From positions 1 to 59,835 of the forward strand of contig SSEF01000030.1 of the NCBI GenBank assembly GCA_008012175.1: a DNA stretch of 59,835 nt. The letters are read 5' to 3'. Below the pieces are notes generated by a model. It saw only the letters and a list, made by a program, of their open reading frames with translations, did not search any database and was not told the DNA's origin. Below are positions 44,900 to 54,389 of the stretch, piece after piece. The position numbers and the translations under genes are program-made. This DNA comes from Candidatus Moraniibacteriota bacterium (GTDB lineage: Bacteria; Patescibacteriota; Minisyncoccia; Moranbacterales; UBA1568). Numbering within the stretch: position 1 is the first letter of the stretch; each line of letters begins with the position of its first letter.

Positions 44900-45466
44900 T
44901 TAGCGGAGTAGTTTCTGGATCGGTCCATCCTGAGAGTTTCGATCGGTATCAAAGACCCGGATCAGATCTGCCTGAATTACCCCGTCGTCACCCGGCTTTC
45001 CAAGCACAACAATCCGATCGCCCGACCCGAGATCACTGAAGGCTACTTTCTCGCCACCTTTCATGATGACGGCATCATCGGAAATGACGATGCTGTTTTC
45101 TTGGCCCTCGGGACCGCTGACGATAATTAATCCTTCTCGAATCGAAAGAATCTCTCCCGCGACGCCATGGCCACTCCGGAATAGCTTGCCATCCATTTTT
45201 TTCATAATCCGATCCTTCATGCCCTGACGCTCGGACTTCATGAAATTACGCTCGTAGTTTTCGCCGAATCGATAAGAAAACCTTGCTTTATGGAGGCCAG
45301 CCGAGAACCCGATCGAAAAACTCCCGACTGCCACAAGCACAACCCCAGTTACAGCCGCGACAATTACTAAAATCCGATGGCGCGAACGCAAGACAGGCCT
45401 TGGCGATAGAGAACCGTAGGCCGGTTCCGAGGACGCAGGAATTCCCTTTGAGGTTTCTGGCTGCAT
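44900..45466 (-). CDS. Hypothetical membrane-anchored protein
   Basis: 188-aa ORF with a single TM helix (ILVIVAAVTGVVLVAVGSF). Part of the sigma-factor gene string. Confidence 0.55.
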   Translation of the reverse strand: MQPETSKGIPASSEPAYGSLSPRPVLRSRHRILVIVAAVTGVVLVAVGSFSIGFSAGLHKARFSYRFGENYERNFMKSERQGMKDRIMKKMDGKLFRSGHGVAGEILSIREGLIIVSGPEGQENSIVISDDAVIMKGGEKVAFSDLGSGDRIVVLGKPGDDGVIQADLIRVFDTDRNSQDGPIQKLLR

Positions 45467-45483
45467 ACGGTTACTTTACGTGA

Positions 45484-45912
45484 TTAGTGGATAGGATTGA
45501 GCTGGAGTGGTTGCAGTAGCCGATCAGCTCCAGCGTATCGGGAACGGAAGAGAAGCGCTACGATGGATAAGAAAACCGGAAGGAGGAGGAGAGATGCTGA
45601 GGCAGCGGGAAACGTCTCAGCCAAGGAAAAAAGGAATGCTTCAAGATGGGTCAAAACGAGCGAAAGATCTGAGAAAAGCAACGCCGTAAGCAGCCAGAAG
45701 TCAGAGGTCAGAAAACCCTCCCCGACCAAGGTGAGATTGACGAAAAAGAGAATGATCGAAAGGAATGAGCAAGTCGATGCGACCCTCAGGCGAAACCGGA
45801 GCCTGCGGATGGCCTCAAATTCGATAGCTGCAACAACACGGCCCGAGAGCCCTGGGGGAACCTCAGGGCGGGACTGACTGAAAAGAAGAGAGTGAGCGCT
45901 TTGAAGCGGCAT
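45484..45912 (-). CDS. Hypothetical membrane protein (candidate anti-sigma factor, by position)
   Basis: 142 aa with multiple TM helices. Directly downstream of the ECF sigma gene. Confidence 0.45.
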   Translation of the reverse strand: MPLQSAHSLLFSQSRPEVPPGLSGRVVAAIEFEAIRRLRFRLRVASTCSFLSIILFFVNLTLVGEGFLTSDFWLLTALLFSDLSLVLTHLEAFLFSLAETFPAASASLLLLPVFLSIVALLFRSRYAGADRLLQPLQLNPIH

Positions 45913-45941
45913 ACGATTAGCTTAAGATTCCCTACAGGATA

Positions 45942-46541
45942 CTACGCACCATCCACCCGATCAGACGCACCCTTGAGACGATTTCGAAGCTCGAGAATGC
46001 TTCGCTGATGCCGACTTTTGACTGTATTGTAAGGCTCTTGGAGAATCTCTGCAGCCTCGTGGAGCGAGAACCCTTCCTGATAGACTAGCGCGATGAGTGC
46101 TCGATATTTTTCAGGAAGTGCAGCGATGACTACTGCTAGTTCCGTGCTCGCATCGGCGCGCATCAAGAACTCATCTGGAAGAGGCTCCAGGTCAGGAATA
46201 CTTTCAAATGGGACGCTTCCATCAGTATCATCGACGAAAGCGGAAAATGGCAGACTGCGCTTCTTTTTGAGCCAATCGTATGCGGCATTCTTTGCGATTG
46301 CAAAAAGCCAGGTCCGGAAGGGACGGGCGGTATCGTAACGATCGAGATGTCGCCAGGCCTTGATAAATGTTTCCTGCACGATATCTTCCGCTACAGTGCG
46401 ATCTCTCAAAAGCTGAAAGACGAATGCATACACGGAACCGATATGCTTATCGAGAAGCTGTTTGAAAGCAGCCTCATTACCGGAACGATAGGCTTCGATG
46501 AGCACCGTGTCCTCTGTATAATTTGAATCGGGCTTTGCCAT
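45942..46541 (-). CDS. ECF-type RNA polymerase sigma-70 family factor
   Basis: 199 aa. Region 2 (DIVQETFIKAWRHLDRY) and region 4 HTH (FSLHEAAEILQEPYNTVKSRHQRS). Confidence 0.88.
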   Translation of the reverse strand: MAKPDSNYTEDTVLIEAYRSGNEAAFKQLLDKHIGSVYAFVFQLLRDRTVAEDIVQETFIKAWRHLDRYDTARPFRTWLFAIAKNAAYDWLKKKRSLPFSAFVDDTDGSVPFESIPDLEPLPDEFLMRADASTELAVVIAALPEKYRALIALVYQEGFSLHEAAEILQEPYNTVKSRHQRSILELRNRLKGASDRVDGA

Positions 46542-46543
46542 TA

Positions 46544-46822
46544 TCAGTCTTCTTCCGGCAAATCGTCGCTTGAGAGATCATCGAGGAGTATGTCTATGTC
46601 GCGGAGGAGATTCTCAGAATTTTTCGATTCTTCAGCTCCCTCGCTAGCAGCAAAGACCCGCTCCTCAGCTGCCGCCTTTTCAGCTGCTTCTATAGCTGCC
46701 CGCTCTCGAGCAGCGAGACGTGATCCTTCATCACGAGCAATCCAGATAATAACTCCAGCCGATGCAACTAGAAGAAGCGCAGAGGATACAAATGCCATGG
46801 ATCGGATAATCTTCTCGCTCAT
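46544..46822 (-). CDS. Hypothetical small membrane-anchored protein
   Basis: 92-aa ORF with a TM helix and an acidic C-terminus. 4-nt overlap with the upstream gene. Confidence 0.5.
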   Translation of the reverse strand: MSEKIIRSMAFVSSALLLVASAGVIIWIARDEGSRLAARERAAIEAAEKAAAEERVFAASEGAEESKNSENLLRDIDILLDDLSSDDLPEED

Positions 46823-47502
46823 AGCGTTTGTTCACTCGCTGCGCGTAGAGGAGAGAGGATACGTGTCTCATACTGTTCGATAAGTATCCGGCGAGCCTGG
46901 CCCACCCTGTCCCGAGCATCTAGGCGGAAAGCTCGGCGTGTTTCCGTAGCATCCTGTCTCGTACGGTCATAGACCGCCTGATAGGCATCATAGGCGGACA
47001 GAAGTGCCTCAGCATTTCTCTCAAATTCCGGAAGGGCGGCCTCGATCGAATCCGTATCGACACCTTTAGATTTCAGGGTGATCATCAGGGCTTCGGTACG
47101 CTTCCGGAGTTCTATCAAGTCGCGCCCTTTCTTCTCACGGAGAACAGCAACGGTGCCTGTATTACGCGGGTTCAAAACTGGATTTTTGACCGATAGCGGA
47201 ACAGTGGTCACAGGAAGGTCTGGGGAAGACTGAACACCAGAGAACTCTGGATCTTTCCTAATCTCTTCGATCTTCTTGGCGCATTCCTCATCCGAAGACC
47301 CCGTATACTCCTTACAACGCTCCACATTTATATACTTCTTGACAAGCGTCTTACAGGTCGCATCGCTGAAACCAGTGCGCTTCTTACACTCGCCGACAAC
47401 TGTTTCAAACGTGGTCGCGGCACTGGCTTGAAAGAAAAATGGTACACACGCGATTAACGCCAGCATCAAAGCAAATCCAGAAATGGCGAGAGGTCTTATC
47501 AT
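46819..47502 (-). CDS. Hypothetical secreted protein
   Basis: 227-aa ORF with a signal peptide (LAISGFALMLALIACVPFFFQASA) and Cys pairs. No recognised domain. Confidence 0.55.
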   Translation of the reverse strand: MIRPLAISGFALMLALIACVPFFFQASAATTFETVVGECKKRTGFSDATCKTLVKKYINVERCKEYTGSSDEECAKKIEEIRKDPEFSGVQSSPDLPVTTVPLSVKNPVLNPRNTGTVAVLREKKGRDLIELRKRTEALMITLKSKGVDTDSIEAALPEFERNAEALLSAYDAYQAVYDRTRQDATETRRAFRLDARDRVGQARRILIEQYETRILSPLRAASEQTL

Positions 47503-47572
47503 AGGAGTCGGAAAGAGGGCAGCCGCCCACTCCTCTAGTATAGACTACTCAATTTCTACCTTATTGGACGCA

Positions 47573-47983
47573 TCAGGCCGTCCGATCGAGCCATTCCTGA
47601 AGGATGATGCGAGCCGCCTCCGCATCATCCTTTCGGCTCACATGACGTTCACCACGCTCGATAAGAGACTGCTGAGCACGCTTTGTCGTAAACATCTCAT
47701 CCTGATAGACCACCTGAACATCTGCGGCTTTTGCCAGAGCCTGGCCGAATATCTCCCCTGGATAGATGATCTCTGTCCGATTTACATGCGTCGGCACACC
47801 AATCACGACCGTTCCAATTGCCTCCTTCGTAATCAGGGATTTCAGACGGTCCAAAAGTCCTGGGTCATTGTGTTCAGTAGCGAAAGAAATAGCGACCCGA
47901 GTCTCGGCATGCGCAAGTGCGATACCGACATCGCGTTTCCCCCAATCAATTCCAAGATAATTCAAGGCGTAGAGATCATTCAT
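47573..47983 (-). CDS. ruvX: Holliday junction resolvase-like protein RuvX (YqgF)
   Basis: 136 aa. LGIDWGKRDVGIALA, VVIGVP, and C-terminal DDAEAARIILQEWL. Confidence 0.85.
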   Translation of the reverse strand: MNDLYALNYLGIDWGKRDVGIALAHAETRVAISFATEHNDPGLLDRLKSLITKEAIGTVVIGVPTHVNRTEIIYPGEIFGQALAKAADVQVVYQDEMFTTKRAQQSLIERGERHVSRKDDAEAARIILQEWLDRTA

Positions 47984-48756
47984 ACGCCCGTAAGCACCTC
48001 GTAGCTATCAGCAGTAATGAGAACGGAATTCTCCATATGACCAGAAAGCCGGCCGTCCGAAGTCTGGAATGTCCAGCCGTCAGGAGCAATTTTCACCCGA
48101 TAGTCGCCAGCATTCACCATTGGCTCAAGCGCAACCGTCATACCGGCTACGAAACGGAAATTTGGGAGCCCGGACCCTTTATAATTCGGTATCTGCGGAT
48201 CTTCATGAAGCTCATGCCCTACCCCATGCCCGACCAGATCCCGAACACAGGAGAATCCGGCTGCCCGAACAACACTCTCGACAGCAGCTGCATACTCTTC
48301 GGATGATGAGCCGTCATGAAGTGTTTCCATTCCCGCCTGAAGAGCTTGCTCGGTTACAGACTTGATCCGCTCTGTCTCTGGTGACGGACTTCCAATGATC
48401 TTCATCCGCGCCATATCAGAAACCATGCCCTGATAGCGCATACCGATATCGATCTTGAGAAGATCTCCATCGGCGAGAATGCGCGCGTCATCAGGAATGC
48501 CGTGCACTACCTCATTATTGAGTGACACACAAACTGCCGCAGGAAAAGGCGGCGCGCCCCAAGCCTTCCCGTAGCCCCTAAAGATCGGGTCCCCGCCCGC
48601 CTTCCGAATCAAGGTATCAGCAAGCGCGCCAAGCGTCCCGGTAGATACGCCAATCGCTGCGGTACGGAGAAGTTCCTCGACGACTCCTGCCAGGCGCTTC
48701 CCCGATTCGCGGAGCGCATCGATTTCGGCCTCTGTCTTTATCCAGCGTTTCGACAT
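47980..48756 (-). CDS. map: Type I methionine aminopeptidase
   Basis: 258 aa from ATG 48756 (MSKRWIKTEAEIDALRESG). Metal-binding motifs DLLKIDIG and GHGVGHELHEDP. The tracked ORF extends spuriously into adk. Confidence 0.9.
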   Translation of the reverse strand: MSKRWIKTEAEIDALRESGKRLAGVVEELLRTAAIGVSTGTLGALADTLIRKAGGDPIFRGYGKAWGAPPFPAAVCVSLNNEVVHGIPDDARILADGDLLKIDIGMRYQGMVSDMARMKIIGSPSPETERIKSVTEQALQAGMETLHDGSSSEEYAAAVESVVRAAGFSCVRDLVGHGVGHELHEDPQIPNYKGSGLPNFRFVAGMTVALEPMVNAGDYRVKIAPDGWTFQTSDGRLSGHMENSVLITADSYEVLTGV

Positions 48757-48757
48757 A

Positions 48758-49420
48758 CTATTCGGGTCGGACGTGTTCGAGGATGAATTTAAAGACTTTA
48801 TACGTTTCCTGGTTGCCATCGACGTGGAGCAACTGCCCTGTCGACTCGAAATACCTGACCACCGGCAGCGTTTCCTGATGGAATACCTGGTGGCGCTTGC
48901 GGACTCCTTCCTCAGTATCGTCGGCTCGCTGCAAGATGCGGCCGCCGCAGTACCGGCAAGGTTTCTCGCTATCGATGAGGTTCTTGCCGAGGATATAAGA
49001 TCGCTTGCAGCCCTCGCAGGCATATCGTCTTGAGATGCGCTCCACGGAAACAGCCTCCGGTACATCAATAAAGACGACTTTGTTCAGTATCCGGCCAGAA
49101 TCAGTCAATGTTTTTAGCACTTGCTGAATCTGACTCTCACGGCGCGGAATCCCATCAATGAGAAGTCCTACCGTATTGGGAACCGAATGGATCGCATCCA
49201 TCAAAACTGAAAGCACGAGATCGTCCGACGCAAGTTCATGCTTCACATTGATAAAATCATTCACTTGGCGGCCGAGTGGGGTATCATGAGCAGCAACGGC
49301 GCGGAGCTCGGCACCGATGTCAATATGAGCCAAGTGAAGCGAGCTTTTGAGCAGTTCTGCCTGAGTGCTCTTTCCGCTTCCGGCCGAGCCGAGGAGGATA
49401 TACGTGTCTTTATGGGGCAT
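48758..49420 (-). CDS. adk: Adenylate kinase (zinc-lid type)
   Basis: 220 aa. P-loop GSAGSGKSTQA. Lid cysteines CEGC...CRYCGG. Canonical secY-adk-map order. Confidence 0.9.
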   Translation of the reverse strand: MPHKDTYILLGSAGSGKSTQAELLKSSLHLAHIDIGAELRAVAAHDTPLGRQVNDFINVKHELASDDLVLSVLMDAIHSVPNTVGLLIDGIPRRESQIQQVLKTLTDSGRILNKVVFIDVPEAVSVERISRRYACEGCKRSYILGKNLIDSEKPCRYCGGRILQRADDTEEGVRKRHQVFHQETLPVVRYFESTGQLLHVDGNQETYKVFKFILEHVRPE

Positions 49421-49512
49421 AATTTCTTTACACTGTACTAGGAAATGGCTTCGCGTTACGGATTTTCAAAAAACACGGATAGGAGAAGCGTCGTAAGGGA
49501 TAGATATGTTTC

Positions 49513-50784
49513 CTAGAGTCCCTCATAGCTCCGCATCATGAGCTGACTCTGGATATGCTTCACGAGTTCGAGGACAACCGACACCACGATAAGGATGCTG
49601 ACGCCGCCGATTGAGAGCGCCTGGATACCTGTCATCCCCTGCACCGCGATCGGCAGCACTGCGATCACACCGAGGAAGAGCGCTCCGGTAAAAGTGATGC
49701 GGGTGATGATGTGATGGAGGTACTCGGCGGTCGAAATACCCGGTCGAATGCCCGGTACATATCCGCCCTGCTTCTGAAGATTCTCCGAAATCTTCACGGG
49801 ATCAAACACGACAGCCGTGTAGAAATAGGTAAAGAGCACGACGAGAACGAAATAGGCAGCCCCATAGACCCACTGATTTTGCAGAAATGTCGCAACAGAG
49901 ATGACTATATCGGCAATCCGCTCGTTCGGCGAAGAAATAAAAAAGTTTGCGATCATGGTCGGGATCAGAATAAGTGAGACTGCAAAGATAATTGGGATGA
50001 CACCAGCCTGGTTCACTCGAAGCGGCAAATGAGTAGCCGATCCGCCATACACGCTCGAACCCCGCACTCGTTTCGCATAAGCGATCGGGATGGTGCGCTG
50101 CCCTTCGTTAATGAAAATAACCCCAGCAATAGTAATGAGTCCGAGTGCAAGGAAGACGAGGTAGGTGAAGAACTGTGACGGGTCCCATGTCGCGAAAAGG
50201 CGTGACATTCCGGTCGGAAGAGCGGCTACAATGCCGGCGAAAATCATCATTGAGACACCGTTCCCGAGTCCTTTCTCTGTGATAAGTTCGCCAAGCCACA
50301 TGAGAAATACCGTACCAGCAGTTGCTGAAAGGATGATGACGACGATGGTAAACGACGAGATATCGCCGAGGATATTCTGCGATCGGAGAAGCGAGATCAT
50401 ACTGAACGACTGGAGAAGTGCCAAAGGTACCGTCAGCCAGCGCGTCCACATATTGAATTTCTGACGCCCCTGCTCTCCCTCCTCCTTGTACATCTTCTCA
50501 AGTTTCGGGAATATCGTCTGCATGAGCTGCATGATGATCGAAGCGGTAATATATGGCGCGACCCCAAGGAGGACGACCGAGATATTCGAGAGCCCGCCGC
50601 CCGAGAAGATATTCAGGAGGCCGAGCAAGGCATTATCCTCGAAGAGACGTTTTAGCTGAAATACATCCACTCCCGGAAGCGGGATGTTCGCCGTGGCGCG
50701 GTAGACGACTAAGAGCGCCACGATAAAGAGAATCTTCTTGCGGAGATCTGGAGTGCGGAAAATCTGAGAGAAAATTTCAGTCAT
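49513..50784 (-). CDS. secY: Preprotein translocase subunit SecY
   Basis: 423 aa, 10 TM helices. Typical N-terminus (...LRKKILFIVALLVVYRATANIPLPGVD) and LNIFSGG motif. Confidence 0.95.
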   Translation of the reverse strand: MTEIFSQIFRTPDLRKKILFIVALLVVYRATANIPLPGVDVFQLKRLFEDNALLGLLNIFSGGGLSNISVVLLGVAPYITASIIMQLMQTIFPKLEKMYKEEGEQGRQKFNMWTRWLTVPLALLQSFSMISLLRSQNILGDISSFTIVVIILSATAGTVFLMWLGELITEKGLGNGVSMMIFAGIVAALPTGMSRLFATWDPSQFFTYLVFLALGLITIAGVIFINEGQRTIPIAYAKRVRGSSVYGGSATHLPLRVNQAGVIPIIFAVSLILIPTMIANFFISSPNERIADIVISVATFLQNQWVYGAAYFVLVVLFTYFYTAVVFDPVKISENLQKQGGYVPGIRPGISTAEYLHHIITRITFTGALFLGVIAVLPIAVQGMTGIQALSIGGVSILIVVSVVLELVKHIQSQLMMRSYEGL

Positions 50785-50845
50785 ATATCAAAAACATCCT
50801 TATTTTAGGCCAAAACCACGAAAAGAGCAATCCTCGAGTCTCGGT

Positions 50846-50885
50846 AAAGAAAACCCCTCCCCCTGCACGCTGGCAGAAGGAGGGT
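50846..50885 (-). terminator. Rho-independent terminator between the inserted secreted-protein block and secY
   Basis: Nested GC hairpin ccctcc..ctgc-acgctg-gcag..ggaggg at about 50854-50884, followed on the minus strand by TTTTCTTT. Confidence 0.6.
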
Positions 50886-50912
50886 ACTATGATAGGCTCA
50901 GAAATGTTCTGG

Positions 50913-51227
50913 CTACTCGCCCATCGAGCCGTGACTGATCTCGATCCGGTCGCCGTTGCAGACATCCAGGACCTCAAAGTTGATCGGTGTCTGGTTCTTG
51001 TATGCAAGGAAGATGAAAGCGAACATCTCCTTGAAGTTGACATTCCCTCGCGACAGATGGAAAAAAGGGCTGCCACAGCCATTGTCGGTATTGGTCAGAA
51101 CCACGATGTCAGACGGGTCAATGTAGACCCGATTGATCATGACGCCGTTGACCTCATGGTTAGCCTGAGCAGCACCGGCCACGAGGAAAGCGGCCGCCAG
51201 AACGGTAGTTTTGATGAAACGTTTCAT
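50913..51227 (-). CDS. Hypothetical small secreted protein
   Basis: 104-aa ORF with signal peptide MKRFIKTTVLAAAFLVAGAAQA. No recognised domain. Confidence 0.55.
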   Translation of the reverse strand: MKRFIKTTVLAAAFLVAGAAQANHEVNGVMINRVYIDPSDIVVLTNTDNGCGSPFFHLSRGNVNFKEMFAFIFLAYKNQTPINFEVLDVCNGDRIEISHGSMGE

Positions 51228-51245
51228 TGTGTCTTTCCTTTCAGT

Positions 51246-52211
51246 TCAGTTGAGAAGCATTTCAAAGATATCGTCCTCACCGCCAAGCGATCCTTTGACA
51301 TGGAACGGGAGGCGGATCTCATTGTCATTCTCATTCGTCTCATTGACCCTGCCGTCGTAGTCAATGCGAGCGATGAGCGTGTAGCGACCGGGAGTCGTGG
51401 GGGCAAAAACTGACTCCAAGTTTTCTCCCTTGGTCATTCCTCCTTTCAGGTTTTCCCGTTTGATCTGGTCCCGGGCGATGAAAACTTCGCCCGTTCCGTA
51501 CGCCCCTCCGGTCATGTACCACCCGATGTAGATGGATTTGCCGAAATTCTCGCCAGGGTTGGCTGCCGTCACATTCACGCTGAAAGCTTCACCGGGATTG
51601 AAGACGGTGATGCCGGTTGTTGTGGCGATGGCCGTCAGAGTGAGATTCGGACTACTCACCACTTCAAAGGCGACTTCTCGTTTGCACTGATTGTTCTCAT
51701 TCGACTCCGTTACCTGATGGCTTGAATCAGCACAGGCCATCATGTTGTACCAGCCCGGGTACTCGAGGGTGAAATCCTCGTGTTCCGTATGAGTGGCACC
51801 GATGCCGAGGCCCTGTGTCTCTTCACCACCCATATCCTGAGGGTTGTCGTCAGTTTTCAGGCCATCTGAGATATAGCAGCTGGTGCGAAAGGTAGTAGAG
51901 GTCGAAGCTGCCCCCTGGTTCTTCAGCCGCATCCGGCAGCGAGCCGAAGTGTTGATGTGAAGATTCGGGATGGGATTGTGCGCCGCGTCTTCGAGGCTGA
52001 GCTCGATGATGATGAGGTCAGGCTTGGAGCCTGAGGCATTGGTCCCGGTGGTCGCGTCTCCGCCCGAGGACTCGGAGGGTGGCGGATCGGTGTTGAGGGA
52101 ACCGACGTTGAGGGTGACATCAACACAAGCTTGAGCCATCACCTTCGGGATAAAGAGAGACGACATTGCAACGAGCGCGAGAGATGTCACTAACGCGTGA
52201 CTCTGTTTCAC
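51246..52211 (-). CDS. Secreted protein with two CARDB-like (Ig-like adhesion) domains
   Basis: 321 aa with a signal peptide. The PDLIIIELS... opening and ESNENN / ETNENDNE endings are typical of CARDB repeats. Confidence 0.55.
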   Translation of the reverse strand: MKQSHALVTSLALVAMSSLFIPKVMAQACVDVTLNVGSLNTDPPPSESSGGDATTGTNASGSKPDLIIIELSLEDAAHNPIPNLHINTSARCRMRLKNQGAASTSTTFRTSCYISDGLKTDDNPQDMGGEETQGLGIGATHTEHEDFTLEYPGWYNMMACADSSHQVTESNENNQCKREVAFEVVSSPNLTLTAIATTTGITVFNPGEAFSVNVTAANPGENFGKSIYIGWYMTGGAYGTGEVFIARDQIKRENLKGGMTKGENLESVFAPTTPGRYTLIARIDYDGRVNETNENDNEIRLPFHVKGSLGGEDDIFEMLLN

Positions 52212-52231
52212 TTTGATTCTCCTTGTTTCGT

Positions 52232-52882
52232 TTAGTTGGCGGGGCAGCTTTGGCTCTGCCTATCACACAATATCGCGGCTGCCGGGCCAATCTTGAAGAT
52301 AATCGGATCCTGAGCTTCGACATAGAACCACTGCGATGCATTCTTGCAATTACTGATTGCTGGATACCAGGCGACTTCACCATTTCGCTTCAGAGTACAG
52401 GAACCATCACTCCGTTTACACACGGGGTAGATGAAGCCGTAGGTGTTGTGAGCTGAGCCTTCGGAACCAACCTTTACTCTGGTCCAGTCATTGTCTGTCG
52501 AAACGTCGGTGATCAGAACGCCAGTACGTACGTTGCCGTCTTCTGGCCAATTAGCATGGTTAACCTTGATTTTCCTGCCATCGCCATCGACATTAACGGT
52601 GGTCACAAGGGCGACGTGTCCATATGGCAACACGTTCTTTTGCCAGACAAGTATTGCACCTACAAGTGGCTGGCTTCCTTGGCCATGACCTTTGTTTCGC
52701 GCGGCAGCCCACCATTGGTAAGCATTTCCAGCCCCCTTGAAATCCGAGTAACCATTATCCCAGAGGAATTGCGTGCACTGGCACTGGCCAACAATGCAAT
52801 ACCCAGCCCATGCTTGAGTCGAAAAACCAAAAAGCAAGGCTGCGAATATCGACACCAAGAGTCTCATGTCCTGTTCCTTCAC
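52232..52882 (-). CDS. Secreted CHAP-domain peptidoglycan amidase/peptidase
   Basis: 216 aa with a signal peptide (start possibly ATG 52867). GQCQCTQFLW (catalytic Cys region), GAILVW, YGHVALVTTV (His). Cys-rich C-terminal tail. Confidence 0.7.
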   Translation of the reverse strand: MKEQDMRLLVSIFAALLFGFSTQAWAGYCIVGQCQCTQFLWDNGYSDFKGAGNAYQWWAAARNKGHGQGSQPLVGAILVWQKNVLPYGHVALVTTVNVDGDGRKIKVNHANWPEDGNVRTGVLITDVSTDNDWTRVKVGSEGSAHNTYGFIYPVCKRSDGSCTLKRNGEVAWYPAISNCKNASQWFYVEAQDPIIFKIGPAAAILCDRQSQSCPAN

Positions 52883-52991
52883 TCAGTTGTTAAAGAAAGC
52901 GACTTCAGGTCAAGAAAGAAATCCCTTGCCTGTGAGGAAAAGCCTCATTTGAGACGTGTCCACACAGATAGGTGATTCCTTCGGAAAAGTA

Positions 52992-53831
52992 CTAGCGCCA
53001 ACGAGTTATATACTCCCCTTTATTCTTTTCATCTGGAGATATACAAAAAGGAACAACATCCACGGGGAAGCTGTAGATGTCTATAGTTTCACAATATGGC
53101 CCGTCTTGTCCCTGATAAACAACTTTCCATAACCCTTGAACCTTGGTAGCAAGTATGAATGGAGTACTTCGATTTTCGGTTCCTCCAAAAAATATCCGCC
53201 CCCTCATGTGGTTCTGGGTATTGGCGTCTACAGCCACAAACAGTGTTTTATTTTTGTAGGATGACAGATATTCTTTAGCTTCAGTATTTAAATACTCAAG
53301 AAACGCTATTTTAATGACCTCCTTATCTTTCACTGTAAAATCATTGTTGAAAAAAAGAGTCGGATTAGAAGTTTCGACTAGGAAGTTTTTTTCTTCATCC
53401 CAACAGTCAGGGGTCAGCTCTTTCGGGAAACTATGCTGCCAGAATTTCTGGCAGATACCAAAATAATTAGAGCTAACATTAAAGACTTGCCAGTGATTCT
53501 CAATTTTTTCCGCAAACCATGTACCGGATTGATTTGACTGCTCTTGGCCAAAGAAATATTTCCCGATCGCGAAGGAATTGTCTAGAGTCTCAACTTCTAC
53601 AAAAAGACTAGCACTTTTTTCTTTCTCCAAAACATCAAGATATGGATAGTCTTCTTTCACGCCTTGCTTGATCTCTTCAATCATTTTTTCATCCTGCTGT
53701 TCGCGACTTTCAGTTGCGGCCACGCCAGCCGTATCAAGTCCTGTTTCCGATTGTCTTTCTCCATACCACAAAACTCCCCCAATAAGGAGCATAGCTACCG
53801 ACACAATACACGTGATCTGTTTCTGGTTCAT
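52992..53831 (-). CDS. Hypothetical membrane-anchored protein (AT-rich gene)
   Basis: 279-aa ORF with an N-terminal TM helix (ITCIVSVAMLLIGGVLWY). Noticeably more AT-rich than its neighbours. Confidence 0.55.
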   Translation of the reverse strand: MNQKQITCIVSVAMLLIGGVLWYGERQSETGLDTAGVAATESREQQDEKMIEEIKQGVKEDYPYLDVLEKEKSASLFVEVETLDNSFAIGKYFFGQEQSNQSGTWFAEKIENHWQVFNVSSNYFGICQKFWQHSFPKELTPDCWDEEKNFLVETSNPTLFFNNDFTVKDKEVIKIAFLEYLNTEAKEYLSSYKNKTLFVAVDANTQNHMRGRIFFGGTENRSTPFILATKVQGLWKVVYQGQDGPYCETIDIYSFPVDVVPFCISPDEKNKGEYITRWR

Positions 53832-53943
53832 TGGGTTGAAATGGGCTGTAGCAAAAAAAAACGCTCGAAGTCAAGTCCAGGATAACACCTGGTGAATTCA
53901 AAGCCCGAAAACTTCTTTTCTGATTGACACGCTGCTCAGATGA

Positions 53944-54378
53944 CTACTCCTCGATCGTTGAACCATTGGCCCGGAGCGCTTCGGCAGCACCGGCAGTGAG
54001 CTCGATATCCTTTCCGATGGTGAGCTTTTTCGAGAGTTTGCCCGTATTGACGATCTTCACACCAGCACGACGGACGATCTTGCCAAAGACTTTCTTTTCG
54101 ACAAAAGCATCACGTGTCACCTTTTCGCCATCCTGAAAGTTCTTCTCGAGACGATCCAGCGTCACTGTAAAGAGCTTCTGGTAGACCGACTTGAAGCCGC
54201 GCAGCTTCTTCATCCGCTCGACAAGTGAAGAACGGCCGCCCTCGAAGAGCGGATCCTTCTTCTTGCCATGCGCACCCTGGCCCTTGGTACCACGACCAGC
54301 AGTTGTGCCACGCTTTCCGCCACGGCCGATACGCTGCGTCTTCTTCCGAGGCGCGAGTTGTAATTCATGAATCTGCAT
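53944..54378 (-). CDS. rplO: 50S ribosomal protein L15
   Basis: 144 aa. LAPRKKTQRIGRGGKRGTTAGRGTKGQ. Confidence 0.95.
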   Translation of the reverse strand: MQIHELQLAPRKKTQRIGRGGKRGTTAGRGTKGQGAHGKKKDPLFEGGRSSLVERMKKLRGFKSVYQKLFTVTLDRLEKNFQDGEKVTRDAFVEKKVFGKIVRRAGVKIVNTGKLSKKLTIGKDIELTAGAAEALRANGSTIEE

Positions 54379-54389
54379 AGGTATATCTC

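Noticed and set aside
48757-49068. A 104-codon upstream extension of the map ORF, overlapping adk.
   Set aside because: It is an out-of-frame overlap with a well-supported adk gene. A canonical Map N-terminus begins at ATG 48756, 2 nt after the adk stop.
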